Below, one piece after another: positions 20,679-30,915 of a stretch of DNA of 64,000 bases. Made by a program: the position numbers and the translations under genes. The DNA lies in NCBI GenBank assembly GCA_965215335.1, contig CBDCDA010000002.1, positions 160,001-224,000 of the forward strand. The letters are read 5' to 3'. Each line of letters begins with the position of its first letter. The stretch's first letter is position 1. Origin of the DNA: an uncultured Candidatus Entotheonella sp. GTDB taxonomy: Bacteria; Tectomicrobia; Entotheonellia; Entotheonellales; Entotheonellaceae. Below the pieces are notes generated by a model. It saw only the letters and a program-made list of their open reading frames with translations, did no database searches and was not told the DNA's origin.

Positions 20679-21011
20679 ATGGGAGCACCGTTTACGGTTA
20701 CCGCCGGGAATTTTGATAGCGAAGTATTGCAGTCCGATGCGCCGGTCCTGGTTGATTTCTGGGCTCCGTGGTGCGGTCCTTGCCGCGTTGTCGCGCCGGC
20801 GGTGGAAGAACTGGCCACCGAGTACGATGGCAAATTGAAGGTGGGCAAGCTCAACGTCGACGATCATCCCGCGATCGCGCAGAACTACGGCATCACCGGG
20901 ATTCCGGCGCTGCTTTTCTTCAAGGACGGCAAACGGGTCGATACCGTGGTGGGCGCGGTTTCCAAGGACGTCCTGCAGGAGCACGTCAACGGGATTGTCA
21001 GGGACGCCTGA
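20679..21011 (+). CDS. trxA: Thioredoxin
   Basis: DFWAPWCGPC; AGGAGG RBS at 20664. Confidence 0.95.
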   Translation: MGAPFTVTAGNFDSEVLQSDAPVLVDFWAPWCGPCRVVAPAVEELATEYDGKLKVGKLNVDDHPAIAQNYGITGIPALLFFKDGKRVDTVVGAVSKDVLQEHVNGIVRDA

Positions 21012-21044
21012 CACAGATTCGGATCAGCATGGCCTGTCTCTTCC

Positions 21045-22283
21045 TCACAGCGTCAGCAGCAGCCGTGCGGGGTCGGCAAGATAAGCCATGACTGCGTTGA
21101 GAAACCGTTGCGCCGCGGCGCCGTCGAGAACCCGGTGGTCGAACGTCAGGGACAGTGGCAGGACGGTGCGCAAGGCAGCGGCTCCCTTGTGGGCGACCGG
21201 TTTCTGCATGAACCTTCCGACGCCCAGAATGGCGACTTGCGGCAGATGCAACATCGGGGTGGCGAAGATGCCGCCCACGGCGCCGTAATTGCTGATGGTG
21301 AAGGTGCCGCCGCGCAGGTCGGCCAGCGAGATGCGGCGTGCGCTGGCCAGACCGACGAGGTGTTGCAACTCCGTCGCCAGGGTCAGAAGGGATTTGCGGT
21401 CAACGTTCTTCACCACGGGAACGATCAGGCCCTCGGGCGTGTCGGTGGCGATGCCGAGGTGGTAGTAGCGCTTGACGATCAGGTGCTGCTGGTCCTCGGC
21501 GAGTGAGGCATTGAGCATCGGGTGCTGCTGCAGGGCGGCCACTACCGCCTTCATGATGAACGGCAGCAGGGTCAGGTGGACGTCCGCAGCGGCGTTGCTG
21601 CGCGCGCGCCAATCCAGCAACTCACTGATATCGACTTCGTCGATTGTGGTAATGGGCACGGCGATCGTGGCCGCCTCGACCATTGCCTTGGCGATGGTAC
21701 GCCGCAAGGCGGTTTGCGGCTGAAGCTCGATGGGCCCGTGCAGGTCCCGTTGCGCGTCCGCGGGCCGGGCGGGCTCGGCATGTTGCGGGGCCGCTCGCAG
21801 CACGTCCTCTCGGCGGATGCGCCCGCGCGGGCCGGAAGGGGCGACGCGGCTCAGGTCGACGCCGAGGTCGCGGGCCAGCTTGCGAACCGAGGGAATGGCG
21901 AGAATCCGCCGGGCGGCGATCGTGCCGTTTTCCGAATCGGCGGTTACCGGATCGGGTGGCAGTTCCAGGATTTTGGCATCCAGCCGTCCCACGACCGAGA
22001 CCGCTTCCGGTTCTGGCTGCCGCACGAGGCTGGCCTCGTCCCCATCCGGCGCGCCAATCACCGCCAGAATTTCTCCGACCCGAATCGTTTCTCCCGTCGC
22101 TACCGGCAGGCGCAGGATGATGCCGGCGCGTGGCGCCGGGATCTCCACCACGGCCTTGTCGGTTTCCACCTCGACCAAGGGCTGATCGGCCCGCACCCGG
22201 TCGCCCTGGGCGACAAGCCAGCGTACGATCTCACCCTGAGCAATACCTTCTCCCACGTCCGGGAAGCGAAATTCCAGGGCCAT
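21045..22283 (-). CDS. pdhC: 2-oxoacid dehydrogenase E2, dihydrolipoamide acyltransferase
   Basis: One lipoyl domain (ETDKA), E3-binding domain, DHRVLDG. Confidence 0.9.
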   Translation of the reverse strand: MALEFRFPDVGEGIAQGEIVRWLVAQGDRVRADQPLVEVETDKAVVEIPAPRAGIILRLPVATGETIRVGEILAVIGAPDGDEASLVRQPEPEAVSVVGRLDAKILELPPDPVTADSENGTIAARRILAIPSVRKLARDLGVDLSRVAPSGPRGRIRREDVLRAAPQHAEPARPADAQRDLHGPIELQPQTALRRTIAKAMVEAATIAVPITTIDEVDISELLDWRARSNAAADVHLTLLPFIMKAVVAALQQHPMLNASLAEDQQHLIVKRYYHLGIATDTPEGLIVPVVKNVDRKSLLTLATELQHLVGLASARRISLADLRGGTFTISNYGAVGGIFATPMLHLPQVAILGVGRFMQKPVAHKGAAALRTVLPLSLTFDHRVLDGAAAQRFLNAVMAYLADPARLLLTL

Positions 22284-22344
22284 GCCTAACCTCTGGGGTA
22301 CGGTCATGTTGAACGAGGGTCGTCTGCATCCGACGACGCGCCTT

Positions 22345-23322
22345 TCAGAAGGCCAGCACGCGATGCACGGCGGCCTCGATCCTCTCAGGGGTTGGTAGAT
22401 AGTACTTCTCGAGCTGCGGCAGGGGAAATACGGTGTCAAAACCGCTGACGCGCTCGACCGGAGCCTCCAGGGACAACAGGGCTTTCTCGTTGATCTGCGC
22501 CACGATCTCGGCGCCCAGGCCGGCCGTGCGCGCGGCTTCGTGCACGACTACTGCACGGCCCGTCCTGGCGACGGACGCAACGATGGCCGGCACGTCCATG
22601 GGGGACAGGGTGCGCAAATCGAGAATCTCCAGGCTGATGCCGCTGGCGTCCAGCGATTCGGCAGCCTGCAGCACGGTGTGCATCATCGAGCCCCAGGCGA
22701 TCACCGTCACGTCGGTGCCCTCCTGCACGAGGCGCGCCGCGCCGATGGGCACGGTGTAGGATTCCTCGGGGATCTCCTGGCGTATGGCGCGATAGATGCG
22801 TTTTGGCTCCAGGAAAATGACCGGGTCCGGGCTGCGGATGGCGCTGATCAGCAACCCTTTGGCGTCGTAGGGCGTGGCGGGAACCACGACCTGCAGGCCG
22901 GGGGTGTGCACCAGCATGGCCTCGGTGCTCTCCGAGTGATGCTCGGGCGGGTGGATGCCGCCGCCGTATGGCACCCGCACCACCAGGGGGCAAGTGAAGC
23001 GACCGCGCGACCGATTGCGCATGCGGGCCACGTGGTTGATGAGTTGATCAAAGGCCGGGTAGAGGAACCCCATGAACTGGATTTCGGGCACCGGCCGCAA
23101 CCCTGCGATGGCCATGCCTACCGCCATGCCGACAATGCCGGATTCGGCAATCGGCGCGTCCATGACGCGCGCCCGTCCGTAGCATGCCTGCAGACCCTCG
23201 GTGACGCGAAAGACGCCGCCCTCCCTGCCGATGTCCTCACCAAGCAGAACCACGCACTCGTCGGCCGCCAGCTCCAGGCGCAGCGCATCGCGGATGGCTT
23301 CGAGAAGGGTGCATGTCGCCAT
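22345..23322 (-). CDS. pdhB: 2-oxoacid (pyruvate) dehydrogenase E1 beta
   Basis: GEDIG..GGVFR, PIAESGI, EHHSES. Confidence 0.9.
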   Translation of the reverse strand: MATCTLLEAIRDALRLELAADECVVLLGEDIGREGGVFRVTEGLQACYGRARVMDAPIAESGIVGMAVGMAIAGLRPVPEIQFMGFLYPAFDQLINHVARMRNRSRGRFTCPLVVRVPYGGGIHPPEHHSESTEAMLVHTPGLQVVVPATPYDAKGLLISAIRSPDPVIFLEPKRIYRAIRQEIPEESYTVPIGAARLVQEGTDVTVIAWGSMMHTVLQAAESLDASGISLEILDLRTLSPMDVPAIVASVARTGRAVVVHEAARTAGLGAEIVAQINEKALLSLEAPVERVSGFDTVFPLPQLEKYYLPTPERIEAAVHRVLAF

Positions 23323-23327
23323 GAGGG

Positions 23328-24413
23328 TCAGCCTTTCTGCTGCACCTGGAGCGCGGCGAGCAGCCCTGCCTCTTGTTCGCGCAGCGCCGCCGACGGCTCG
23401 GCGAACATGTAGCGGAACATATCCTGCGGGGGCGGTTGCGGCACCGCCTCGGCCTCGTTCATGGCCTGTTCCACCTTTCCGGTGCAGGCTTCCAGCAGTT
23501 CGTGTTCCCAGGCTTCCGACCAGGCGCCGCGGGCGTGCAGATACGTTTGCAGCCGCAGCAGGGGATCGCGCGACCGCCAAGTCTCGACCTCGGTATCGTC
23601 GCGGTATTTGGTGGGATCGTCCGCCGTGGTGTGGGCGCCGAGGCGGTAGGTATACGCCTCGATCAGGCTCGGCCCGTCGCCGCGCCGCGCCCGCTCGACG
23701 GCCTCTTGCATGACGGCGTACACGGCCATGACGTCGTTGCCGTCCACTCGCACGCCGGGAAAGCCGTAGGCCAGGGCCTTCTGGGCAATGGTTGACGAGG
23801 CGGTCTGCTCGCGTACCGGTACCGAAATGGCGTACTGGTTGTTCTGGCAAAAAAAGACGCAGGGGACTTCGTAAACCCCGGCCATGTTCATCGCCTCGTG
23901 CACGTCGCCTTCGGAGGTGGCGCCGTCGCCGAAATACGCCACCGCCACGCTGCCGTCCTGCCGATACTTGCCCGCGTACGCCAAGCCGACGGCGTGCAAG
24001 GGATGCGACCCCACCGGTATGGAGACGGGCAACACATTCACCCCTTCGGGCATGTGACTGCCGAACTCGTTGCCCATCCAGTAGAGCGACAGCAGCTTCA
24101 GCGGCACGCCGTGCATCCACATGGCGCCGGTTTCGCGGTAGGAGCTGACGATCCAGTCGCGTGGCTCCAACGGGTACGTGCTGGCCACCATGCAGGCTTC
24201 CTGGCCTTCCATCTGCGCGTAGGTGCCGAAACGCCCTTGTCGCTGCATGGAGACGGCTTTGCGGTCGTACAGACGTATGGTCAGCATCTGGCGATACATC
24301 CTTCGTAGCTGCTCGTCATCCAGGTCGGGACACAGGGTTTCGTCGCAGCATCCGTCCGGTGTCAGGATACTGACCATTTCTTTTTGGAGCGGGTCGTAGC
24401 GATCCGCGAACAT
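23328..24413 (-). CDS. pdhA: 2-oxoacid (pyruvate) dehydrogenase E1 alpha
   Basis: GDGATSEG...QNNQYAIS TPP motif, HTTADDP. Confidence 0.9.
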   Translation of the reverse strand: MFADRYDPLQKEMVSILTPDGCCDETLCPDLDDEQLRRMYRQMLTIRLYDRKAVSMQRQGRFGTYAQMEGQEACMVASTYPLEPRDWIVSSYRETGAMWMHGVPLKLLSLYWMGNEFGSHMPEGVNVLPVSIPVGSHPLHAVGLAYAGKYRQDGSVAVAYFGDGATSEGDVHEAMNMAGVYEVPCVFFCQNNQYAISVPVREQTASSTIAQKALAYGFPGVRVDGNDVMAVYAVMQEAVERARRGDGPSLIEAYTYRLGAHTTADDPTKYRDDTEVETWRSRDPLLRLQTYLHARGAWSEAWEHELLEACTGKVEQAMNEAEAVPQPPPQDMFRYMFAEPSAALREQEAGLLAALQVQQKG

Positions 24414-24645
24414 GGAGGATCCTCAAGGGCGGTCGAACGTGTGGAAGCTGACAGATTATCACGAGCGGGTCGCTATTCTAGGGAAAAGTACCGGCAGCAT
24501 CAAGTATGCGCGCAGGGTGCCGCAGCCGCCCCGTCGCCTGCTTGCGCGCCTCGACTTGCGTGGCTATGCTTCCGCCACTGAGACGCGGCGCCAGTGGGGT
24601 CCTGCGCGGTGTTGACAGGTGATGAAAAGACGACAAGGAGAAATC

Positions 24646-25737
24646 ATGGCCGCTCACAAAATTGCGGTGATCCCTGGCGACGGCATCGGTCAGGAGGTCA
24701 TGCCGGAAGGGCTCAAAGTGCTCCGTGTGATACAGGAAGTGACGCCGGGCTTGGAGCTTGCCTTCGAGACCTTTCCCTGGGGCTGCGACTATTACCGCGA
24801 GCACGGCTGCATGATGCCCCACGACGCCCTCAAGACCCTGGGGGCCTTTGACGCGATTTACTTTGGCGCCGTCGGTGACCCCGACCGCATCCCGGATCAT
24901 ATTTCGCTGAGTACGCTGATCCTGCCTATCCGCAAGAACTTTCAGCAGTTCGCCTGCATTCGTCCCATCAAGCTGCTGCCCGGTGTGGCCGGCCCGCTGG
25001 CCGGCAAGACACCCGCCGACATCGACTTCGTCATGGTGCGCGAGAACACCGAGGGCGAGTACTCGGACGCCGGTGGCCGCCTGCACCCCGGTACGCCGCA
25101 GGAGGTTGCCATTCAAACGTCAGTGTTTACCCGCACCGGCTGCGAACGGGTCATGCGGTTTGCCTTTGAGCTGGCGCGCAAGCGCAACAAGGCGCGGCAC
25201 GTGACGTCGGTCACCAAGTCCAACGCGCAGCGGCACAGTATGGTGTTCTGGGACGACATCTTCAAAGAGGTCGCGGCGGATTATCCCGACATCGAAACCA
25301 GCAGCAATTTGGTGGACGCGGCCGCCATGAACTTCATCCGGCGCCCGGAAGCCTTTGACGTGGTGGTTGCCTCCAACCTCTTTGCCGACATTCTCACGGA
25401 CCTCGGCGCGGTGATCATGGGCGGCATGGGTTACGCGCCGAGCGCCAATCTGAATCCCGACAGCAGCTACCCGTCGATGTTCGAATCAGTGCACGGCTCG
25501 GCACCGGACATCGCCGGCAAGGGCATCGCCAATCCCTTGGCAACGATCTGGGCGGGGCAGTTGATGCTGGATTTTCTGGGGCAAGGCGACGCTGCAGCGC
25601 GGCTCTTGGGCGCCCTTGAGACACACGTGCAGGAGGGGAAGGTGCGGACGCCGGATTTGGGTGGTACGAATTGCACCGGCGCCGTCGGCGACAATCTCTG
25701 CGACATCGTGCTCCGTCAATGGATTCGACGCGGCTGA
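24646..25737 (+). CDS. ttuC: Tartrate/D-malate dehydrogenase (isocitrate/isopropylmalate dehydrogenase family)
   Basis: IPGDGIG, RENTEGEYS, TKSNA, HGSAPDIAG. Confidence 0.8.
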   Translation: MAAHKIAVIPGDGIGQEVMPEGLKVLRVIQEVTPGLELAFETFPWGCDYYREHGCMMPHDALKTLGAFDAIYFGAVGDPDRIPDHISLSTLILPIRKNFQQFACIRPIKLLPGVAGPLAGKTPADIDFVMVRENTEGEYSDAGGRLHPGTPQEVAIQTSVFTRTGCERVMRFAFELARKRNKARHVTSVTKSNAQRHSMVFWDDIFKEVAADYPDIETSSNLVDAAAMNFIRRPEAFDVVVASNLFADILTDLGAVIMGGMGYAPSANLNPDSSYPSMFESVHGSAPDIAGKGIANPLATIWAGQLMLDFLGQGDAAARLLGALETHVQEGKVRTPDLGGTNCTGAVGDNLCDIVLRQWIRRG

Positions 25738-25797
25738 AATCGTCGGCTTCAGGGCAATTCCGGCTCAAAATGGCTTGCTCGTTCGTCACCCTCTCTG

Positions 25798-25852
25798 TCA
25801 CTCCCCCCTCGAGGGGGGAGTCGGCGAAACAAGGGCGCAGCCCGTAGGTGAG
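25798..25852 (+). repeat. REP-like palindromic repeat copy 2, intergenic
   Basis: Perfect 22-bp palindrome ACTCCCCCCTCGAGGGGGGAGT (25800-25821) plus GGGC-GCA-GCCC hairpin. Confidence 0.8.
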
Positions 25853-25864
25853 TGAGGTATCCGC

Positions 25865-27139
25865 GTGGCCCGTGTGTTGCTGCTGTTGCCGGCCCGCACC
25901 TACCGGGCACACGACTTCATGGAGGCGGCCCGCCGCCTGGGGGTGGGGGTGGTGGTGGGTTCGGAGCGCCAGCAAGCCTTTGCGCCGCTGCTTCCCGGCA
26001 GCCACTTGCGGCTGGATTTTCTCAGGCCGCGGCAGGCGCTGCGGGCGATCGCGGCTTTCGCCCGGTCGTACCCGCTGGACGCCGTTGTGGCTGTCGACGA
26101 CGACGGCACGTTACTGGCCGCAGCGGCAGCCAAAGCGTTGGGGTTGCCGCACAATCCGGTGGCGGCGGTCGTGGCGACGCGCAACAAGCACCGCCTGCGT
26201 CGCAAGGTGGCGGTAGCCGGTTTGCTGTCGCCGCGATTCGAACTCCTGTCGATTGAGGACGCCCCGGTTCGGGTGGCGCAGTGCATGTCCTTTCCCTGCG
26301 TGCTGAAGCCGCTCCACCTGGCAGCCAGTCGTGGCGTCATGCGGGTCGATGATGCGGAACAGTTCGTCGTCGCCTTTGAACGGCTTGCGGCGATCTTGCG
26401 CGCTCCGGACGTTATGCAGCGCGGTGGTCGGTTGGCGCGCCACGTGTTGGTGGAGGCGTTCGTTCCGGGTGCGGAGGTGACGCTGGAGGGCCTTCTGGTC
26501 GGCGGCGAATTGACCGTTCTGGCCGTGTTTGACAAGCCCGACCCGCTGGACGGCCCGTTTTTCGAGGAGACGTTGTACGTGACGCCGTCGCGGCTGCCGG
26601 CCGACGTACAGGCGGACATTGCCGCGCAAACGGCCAGGGCGGTAGCAGCCATCGGACTGCGGGAAGGCCCCGTGCACGCTGAATGGCGCGTGAACGGACA
26701 CGGCGCGTGGCTCATCGAAATCGCGGCGCGGTCGATCGGCGGATTATGCTCTCGCGTCCTGCAATTCGAAGCGGGCGTGTCGCTGGAAGAATTGATTCTC
26801 ATGCACGCCAAGGGGGTTGACGTGTCGGCTTATAAACGTGAAAGCGCCGCCGCCGGTGTGATGATGCTGCCTATCCCGCGGCGCGGCATGCTGCGCGCCG
26901 TTGACGGACAGGAAATGGCGAGAGATGTTCCCGGGATTGTGGACCTGACGATCACCATTGCGCTGGGGCAGGAAGTCGTGCCGCTGCCCGAAGGCGCGCA
27001 GTATCTCGGCTTTCTGTTCGCTCGCGGCGGCACGCCGCGAGCGGTCGAAGTGGCGTTGCGCAAGGCGCACCAGTGTTTGTCTTTTATCGTTGAGCCGCAG
27101 AAAATGGCTCAGGACTCCCTCTCCTTGTGTTCGAGCTGA
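25865..27139 (+). CDS. ATP-grasp domain protein (L-amino acid ligase-like)
   Basis: FPCVLKP..SRGV, VEAFVPG.E, HAE, LIEIAARSIGG. Confidence 0.8.
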   Translation: MARVLLLLPARTYRAHDFMEAARRLGVGVVVGSERQQAFAPLLPGSHLRLDFLRPRQALRAIAAFARSYPLDAVVAVDDDGTLLAAAAAKALGLPHNPVAAVVATRNKHRLRRKVAVAGLLSPRFELLSIEDAPVRVAQCMSFPCVLKPLHLAASRGVMRVDDAEQFVVAFERLAAILRAPDVMQRGGRLARHVLVEAFVPGAEVTLEGLLVGGELTVLAVFDKPDPLDGPFFEETLYVTPSRLPADVQADIAAQTARAVAAIGLREGPVHAEWRVNGHGAWLIEIAARSIGGLCSRVLQFEAGVSLEELILMHAKGVDVSAYKRESAAAGVMMLPIPRRGMLRAVDGQEMARDVPGIVDLTITIALGQEVVPLPEGAQYLGFLFARGGTPRAVEVALRKAHQCLSFIVEPQKMAQDSLSLCSS

Positions 27140-27164
27140 AGGCCAGAAGGGTTGGAAGCACCCC

Positions 27165-28451
27165 TCAGAAGATCGGGTTGTGCACCACGGCGTGTTCCCG
27201 GCCGTGACCGGTGGAAACGATGGATACCTCGCTCTCCATGACCGCGGTCAGCCGGTCGATATAGCGCTTGGCGGCGTCCGGGAAATCCTCATATGACGTC
27301 AAGCCCACGGTCGGCGTCTGCCAGCCGGGCAGTTCCTCGTAGACCGGCTCGGCTTCCCGCAAGACGGTCCAATCGCTTGGCATGTCCGTCAAGACCTCGC
27401 CCCGGTAGCGGTAGGCGGTGCACAGCGACAGGGAGGGCAGGGTGTCGAGGACGTCCAGCTTGGTGAGCGCCAGGCTGGTGACGCCGTTGTGCCACAGGCT
27501 CGACCGCGCGCTTACCGCATCGAACCAGCCACAGCGCCGCACCCGGCCGGTGGTGGCGCCGAATTCCTGTCCGCGCTCCTGCAGAAGTTTCCCGTCGCTG
27601 TTTTGCAGCTCGGTGGGGAAGGGGCCCATGCCGACCCGCGTGGCGTATGCCTTCACGACCCCGATCACGTGCGTCAGGCGTGTCGGAGCAATCCCCGCGC
27701 CGCTGCACAGCCCGCTGCTGTTGGTATTCGACGAGGTAACGTACGGGTAGGTGCCGTGATCGAGGTCGAGCAGCGATCCCTGGGCGCCTTCCAGCAGCAG
27801 ATGCTCGCCGTTGCGAATAGCCTCGCGCACCATCGCGTCGGTGTCCTGCACAAAATCGCGCAACGTGTCGCCGTACCCGACATACGCTTCGCAGACCGTC
27901 TCTGGATCAACGGGCTCTTGATGGAAGAAATCACGCAGCAGGAAATTGCTCTCCGGCAGGTTGGCCTTCAGGCGTTCGCGGAACTGCGCCGGTGACAACA
28001 CGTCCTGCATTCTCACACCGCTGCGCGCCGCTTTGTCGGTGTACGTGGGGCCGATCCCCATGCCGGTGGTGCCGATTTTGTGGCCGCCGCGCCGCGCCTC
28101 GCGTCCGGCGTCCAGCAGGCGGTGGTAGGGCAGCGTGACGTGCGCCTTGGGACTGATGAACAGGCGCCCGTGCAGGTCGATGCCACGCACCTTCAGTTGC
28201 TGCATCTCTTCCACCAGCGACTCGGGATCAATGACCACACCGGCGCCGATGATGCAGCGAACGCCGGGATGCAACACTCCGGAGGGGATCTGGTGGAAGA
28301 CGTATTTCTCGTCACCGACCACGATAGTGTGCCCGGCGTTGGCGCCGCCCTGACAACGGATGACCCACTGAACCTGCGGGGTTAGCAAATCGACGATCTT
28401 GCCTTTCCCTTCGTCGCCCCACTGGACGCCTACAATCGCCACAACTGCCAT
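27165..28451 (-). CDS. purA: Adenylosuccinate synthetase
   Basis: QWGDEGKGK, GGANAGHT, EGAQG, GATTGR.RRCGWFD. Confidence 0.97.
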   Translation of the reverse strand: MAVVAIVGVQWGDEGKGKIVDLLTPQVQWVIRCQGGANAGHTIVVGDEKYVFHQIPSGVLHPGVRCIIGAGVVIDPESLVEEMQQLKVRGIDLHGRLFISPKAHVTLPYHRLLDAGREARRGGHKIGTTGMGIGPTYTDKAARSGVRMQDVLSPAQFRERLKANLPESNFLLRDFFHQEPVDPETVCEAYVGYGDTLRDFVQDTDAMVREAIRNGEHLLLEGAQGSLLDLDHGTYPYVTSSNTNSSGLCSGAGIAPTRLTHVIGVVKAYATRVGMGPFPTELQNSDGKLLQERGQEFGATTGRVRRCGWFDAVSARSSLWHNGVTSLALTKLDVLDTLPSLSLCTAYRYRGEVLTDMPSDWTVLREAEPVYEELPGWQTPTVGLTSYEDFPDAAKRYIDRLTAVMESEVSIVSTGHGREHAVVHNPIF

Positions 28452-28479
28452 GTATTGTTCTCCGTCTTTCGCTGCAAAG

Positions 28480-29454
28480 TCAGCCGTCGCCCAGCCCCGG
28501 CACGCCGCCGACGCCGCGCGCCGCCTGCACCGCGGCGCTCAGGGATTCGGCCACCAAGTCGGCTGCGACGATCCCCAGTTGAATGGGATCGGCGGTCTGC
28601 GTGCCTGTCGATACGGCAAACATGGCGTCGCCGTCGTACAGCGTATGGGCGGGCGACAGCCCCTTGACGAAGCCATGCTGTGCCAGCTGGGCCAGTTTGC
28701 GGGCTTGCGGTTTGTCCAGCCTGGCGTTGGTCGCCACGACGCCAAGCGTCGTGTTGGTCCCGGCGGCATCCAGACGGGGCGTGGCGCCTCGCCGCAACTG
28801 CTCGGCGGTGTCCGCCAATGCCGTGCTGTCAGGTGTCTCGCGGGTGCCCGCCAGCAGCGCGCCGGTGGCCGGCCCCCGGACGTCACCGAGCGCGTTGCAG
28901 ACGACCAGGGCGCCGATCCACACGTCGCTGCCCAATTGCGCGCTTGCCGTGCCCACGCCGCCCTTCATGGCCTGGGGCATGCCGCACAGTTTGCCGACCG
29001 TGGCGCCCATGCCGGCACCGGCGTTGCCCTGATCAACCGGTCCGGCAGTGGCGGCTTGGCAGGCGGCATATCCCATGGCAGCATCGGGGCGTATGCCAGC
29101 CGATCCGATGCCCAGGTCGTAGATGATCGCGGCCGGTACAATCGGCACGCGGGCGGCGGGTGTCGGAAACCCGATGCCCTGTTCTTCCAGCGACCGCATG
29201 ACGCCGCCCGCCGCGTCCAGGCCGAACGCGCTGCCGCCCGCCAGCGTGATGGCGTGAATTGTCGGCGTCAGGTGCATGGCGTCCAGGACCACCAACTCCC
29301 GCGTGCCACTTGCGGAGCCGCGCACATCGACCCCACCCACGGCGCCGTCCGGGAAGACCACAACGGTGCAGCCGGTCAACGCTTCAGCGTCCTGCGCCTG
29401 GCCGACCAGCACGCCCGGCACGTCGGTTATCCCTTGCCCCATGACGTTCCGCAA
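28480..29454 (-). CDS. P1 family peptidase (S58, DmpA-like)
   Basis: ITDVPGVLVG, GGSAFGLDAA, NTTLGVVATNA, HTLYDGD. Confidence 0.85.
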   Translation of the reverse strand: MRNVMGQGITDVPGVLVGQAQDAEALTGCTVVVFPDGAVGGVDVRGSASGTRELVVLDAMHLTPTIHAITLAGGSAFGLDAAGGVMRSLEEQGIGFPTPAARVPIVPAAIIYDLGIGSAGIRPDAAMGYAACQAATAGPVDQGNAGAGMGATVGKLCGMPQAMKGGVGTASAQLGSDVWIGALVVCNALGDVRGPATGALLAGTRETPDSTALADTAEQLRRGATPRLDAAGTNTTLGVVATNARLDKPQARKLAQLAQHGFVKGLSPAHTLYDGDAMFAVSTGTQTADPIQLGIVAADLVAESLSAAVQAARGVGGVPGLGDG

Positions 29455-29457
29455 TCC

Positions 29458-30795
29458 CTATCCGGTGTTGCCCACGACCGCGCCAATGGCCAGGCCGCTG
29501 CTCATGCTGTGCAAGCGCACCATTGCCATCCGGTTTGACAGGTCTTCCGACGCTTCGACGCCCACCTTGAGGTAGTTGTCACTGAAGCCGGTATACAGGC
29601 CCGAGTTCTCAAGGCGTTCGAACAATACCCGCACCGTCCTGCCCAGGTGCCCGCGATAAAACGCCGCCTTCTTGCGCGCGCTGATCTCCCTCAGGATGCG
29701 GCTGCGCGCCTGAACGTCGGTGGGCGGCACGTGCTCCGTATAGCGTTGGGCATACGTGTGCGGCCGCTCGGAGTATGAAAAAACGTGGCAATAGGCCAGC
29801 GGCAAGTCGGCCAACAGCAGGCGGGTGTTGACGAATGCGGCCTCGGCTTCGCCGGGGAAGCCCACCATCGCGTCTGTGCCCAGGCAGACGTCCGGCACGT
29901 GCTCCGCGATCCGTTCGACAAACGCTGCGAAGTCGGCCCGCGTGTAACGCCGCTTCATGCGCTGCAGCACGCCGTCGTCACCGCTTTGAAGGGGTACGTG
30001 CAGGTAGGGGCACAGCTTGGTCGAGGCCGCCATCCAATCGACCAGCCCCTCGGGAATGGTGGTCGGCTCGATGGAACTGATGCGGATGCGCTCAAGGCCG
30101 TCGACGTCTTCCAGCGCTCGGACAACCTGGAGAAGGTCATAGCCGTCGCTCGTGTACGTGCCGATGTTGACACCGGTGAGCACGATCTCCCGGTGCCCTC
30201 GCGCAGCCAGGCCGCGGGCTTCCTGGAGGATATCCGGGAATTTGCGGCTGCGCGCGCCGCCGCGGCTGAAAGGGATGATGCAAAAGGCGCAGGCGAAGTT
30301 GCAGCCATCCTGGATTTTCAGGTTGGCCCGCGTGCGATCGCCGTAATTGCCGACCATGTCCAGACTGAAATCATCGCGGACGATTTTGGGGGTGTGAACG
30401 ATGCGCGGCGAGGATTCCTTCTGCGGCGTGTCGATCAGGTCTGCGACTTGCATCTTGTGGGCCGTGCCGACGATCAGGTCGAGTCCGTCGATGCCTCGTA
30501 GCGCCTCCTTGCCCACCTGGGCATAGCATCCAGTGACGACCACGTAGGCGTTCGGCGAGCGGCGCAGCACGGTACGCACCGCTTGGCGGCACTTGGCCTC
30601 GGCACCTTCGGTAACCGAGCAGGTATTGATGACGCACACATCGGTGTCGGCGCCGTACTCGACGATGCGGTAGCCCCGGTTGGCGAACGTCGTGCTGATC
30701 GACGCCGTCTCGGCCTGATTGAGGCGGCAGCCCAGCGTGTGGAACGACGCTCGCAAGCCGTTGTCGGGGCTTACCCGACCGTCAGTTGTGCGCAT
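29458..30795 (-). CDS. mtaB: tRNA t6A37 methylthiotransferase
   Basis: TLGCRLNQAE, NTCSVT, CNFACAFC. Confidence 0.92.
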   Translation of the reverse strand: MRTTDGRVSPDNGLRASFHTLGCRLNQAETASISTTFANRGYRIVEYGADTDVCVINTCSVTEGAEAKCRQAVRTVLRRSPNAYVVVTGCYAQVGKEALRGIDGLDLIVGTAHKMQVADLIDTPQKESSPRIVHTPKIVRDDFSLDMVGNYGDRTRANLKIQDGCNFACAFCIIPFSRGGARSRKFPDILQEARGLAARGHREIVLTGVNIGTYTSDGYDLLQVVRALEDVDGLERIRISSIEPTTIPEGLVDWMAASTKLCPYLHVPLQSGDDGVLQRMKRRYTRADFAAFVERIAEHVPDVCLGTDAMVGFPGEAEAAFVNTRLLLADLPLAYCHVFSYSERPHTYAQRYTEHVPPTDVQARSRILREISARKKAAFYRGHLGRTVRVLFERLENSGLYTGFSDNYLKVGVEASEDLSNRMAMVRLHSMSSGLAIGAVVGNTG

Positions 30796-30915
30796 TTCTT
30801 TCTCCTGAAGCCGTCCGGCTGTCGGCGTGTCGGCTTGCTCGTCATCTATGGGTGCGCTAGGCTTCTCACGCCACCGAACAGGACCTTGGATATTTCAACC
30901 AAGCGAGGAATCATT

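Noticed and set aside
23323..24120. Apparent E1alpha-E1beta fusion or long E1beta
   Set aside because: The extension is an alternative frame of pdhA; separate start and stop codons exist
21045..24413. Missing E3 (lpdA) in the dehydrogenase operon
   Set aside because: E3 is commonly shared and encoded elsewhere
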